A stretch of DNA of 61,797 nt from a virus (taxonomy: Duplodnaviria; Caudoviricetes). The stretch is taken from the IMG/VR virus record IMGVR_UViG_3300033153_006695, positions 1-61,797 of that record, one strand, 5' to 3'. This document shows, one piece after another, positions 60,692-61,797 of the stretch; the stretch's first letter is position 1, and every line of letters starts with the position of its first letter. The notes beneath the pieces were generated by a model. It saw only the letters and a list, made by a program, of their open reading frames with translations. It was not told the origin of the DNA and ran no database searches. Both the position numbers and the translations under genes were made by a program.

Positions 60692-60777
60692 AACATTATA
60701 TTATCCACACATCTTTATATATCTATTTATCAATTAATAAGGTATAGATATATATATTTATTTATTAATTAATAGGT

Positions 60778-60942
60778 ATGAATGAAAAGCAAAAATTCAA
60801 GGATGTTCTTATATATCCTGTTGATTGGATATTTCTGAATAATGTTAAATTTAAAACCGGCAAGAAACGTCTTGCGGATGTCATACATGACCTGATAAAA
60901 AATAAACAGACTATCAGACAAAGAAATAACTTGGTTGAATAA
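60778..60942 (+). CDS. small putative DNA-binding protein divergent from cas12f (not in ORF track)
   Basis: 54 aa, ...LADVIHDLI RHH-like helix; shares an AT-rich bidirectional promoter. Confidence 0.45.
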   Translation: MNEKQKFKDVLIYPVDWIFLNNVKFKTGKKRLADVIHDLIKNKQTIRQRNNLVE

Positions 60943-61057
60943 TTACGGCGATGATTTTCATACTGCCTTAAGCAAAGTAAAAGTGGGTTGTGTCGAGTTT
61001 AAAGACGTTATTGCTAAACTTGAAGAGATAGAAAAGCAGATAGAAAACTTGAAGTAA
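60902..61057 (+). CDS. paralog of the 18183 regulator (no ATG; possible ATA start)
   Basis: RLSDKEITWLNNYGDDFHTALSKVK...DVIAKLEEIEKQIENLK aligns with RISDDIDKWLRSFDCNFRNALQKVK...DIISKLEDLEQQIEALK. Confidence 0.5.
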   Translation: MNRLSDKEITWLNNYGDDFHTALSKVKVGCVEFKDVIAKLEEIEKQIENLK

Positions 61058-61062
61058 ATGAT

Positions 61063-61134
61063 GCAAGTATGGTCTAGCGGTCAATGATATAAGGGTCGCG
61101 CCCTATGACGTTGGTTCAAATCCAACTACTTGCA
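61063..61134 (+). tRNA. tRNA with aberrant anticodon arm (nominal CGC anticodon; identity uncertain)
   Basis: GCAAGTA/TACTTGC-A acceptor, TAGCGG D-loop, GTTGG-TTCAAAT-CCAAC T-arm; anticodon stem mispaired. Confidence 0.7.
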
Positions 61135-61160
61135 TAAAGAGATTGTTTGAATATCATAAT

Positions 61161-61279
61161 GTCGGTTTACGTCAGATAGTAGTAAAGTGAATATGTTGAA
61201 GTCATACCTTCGGGAAATCTATTTATGGCAAAATGGCATATAGAGTAGCATTGCAAGATTCACATCTTGCAATCCGACA
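61161..61279 (+). ncRNA. tRNA-like RNA element C
   Basis: Preceded by TCATAAT like A and B; GTCGG.../CCGAC-A ends, GCAAGA-TTCACA-TCTTGC T-like arm. Confidence 0.5.
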
Positions 61280-61299
61280 TAATTAAAGAGATTGATAAA

Positions 61300-61797
61300 A
61301 TGAACAAGCTAAACTGCGTAATTATGGGTGAAAATTGTGAAAGATTCTTACCTATGTGCATTAAAAGCGTACAAGACGCAGATAATATTATTTATTGTGA
61401 TGGCGGAAGTACAGATAAAACAATAACTATCGCAATGTCATATACATTAAGAGGTATATATGATGATGCAATCCAACCAGATGATGTAGAAACATTTTTT
61501 ATTATAGAAAATAAATACAATCAAGAAGATAAAGGTATGAACGGCAAGCAGCGTAATTTCTATTTGGACTACCTTAAACAGCACCACATGGGCGAATACG
61601 CGTTAATTTTGGATGCGGACGAGGTCTTAGATACAGGCGGAATACAAAAAATAAGAGACTTCATCGACAACCCACCAGAGATGATGACCGATATAAGCTC
61701 TGTCAAGATGCGCCATTTTATCGAAAATCTCGGACGCGAAGACGCAACCAAAAAAGAGCATTACGTACCGCATAGACTATTCAAAATCAAAGAAGAC
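61300..61797 (+). CDS. N-terminal GT2 domain of the GT2-methyltransferase fusion (continues at 1..930)
   Basis: DGGSTDKT, RNFYL, LDADE; ATG at 61300 is in frame with 61684. Confidence 0.85.
   Translation, partial: MNKLNCVIMGENCERFLPMCIKSVQDADNIIYCDGGSTDKTITIAMSYTLRGIYDDAIQPDDVETFFIIENKYNQEDKGMNGKQRNFYLDYLKQHHMGEYALILDADEVLDTGGIQKIRDFIDNPPEMMTDISSVKMRHFIENLGREDATKKEHYVPHRLFKIKED
61684..61797. repeat. Terminal direct repeat, copy 2
   Basis: Identical to 1-114. Confidence 0.97.

Overview
This is a complete, circularly assembled head-tail (Caudoviricetes, siphovirus-like) virus genome of about 61,683 bp; bases 1-114 recur at 61684-61797. The host is very probably archaeal. Support: BRE/TATA promoters with leaderless genes, a U73 tRNA-Thr, a Cas12f/Cas14a effector and a bulge-helix intron motif; a DPANN-type host is an inference. 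Almost all genes lie on the + strand. Modules: (i) a large glycosylation/modification cluster wrapping the sequence ends (GT2s, GT4s, methyltransferases, radical SAM enzymes, NDP-sugar dehydrogenase, PLP aminotransferase, HAD, CoA-ligase-like); (ii) ParB-DNA methyltransferase and terminase; (iii) an accessory island with tRNA and tRNA-like RNAs; (iv) HK97-type head and siphovirus tail; (v) many small early/regulatory genes, with no recognisable replicative polymerase or helicase; (vi) a minus-strand stand-alone Cas12f + tracrRNA + 3-repeat CRISPR mini-array. Three observations stand out. First, a 21-nt stop-containing, tRNA-type (BHB/BHL) micro-intron sits in a viral glycosyltransferase mRNA, and canonical excision restores a PTGY motif. 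Second, the tracrRNA runs into a degenerate repeat, giving a possible natural single-guide RNA. Third, three tRNA-mimic RNAs with variable payloads occur alongside a viral CCA-adding enzyme. All assignments are by eye from sequence motifs; no searches were run.
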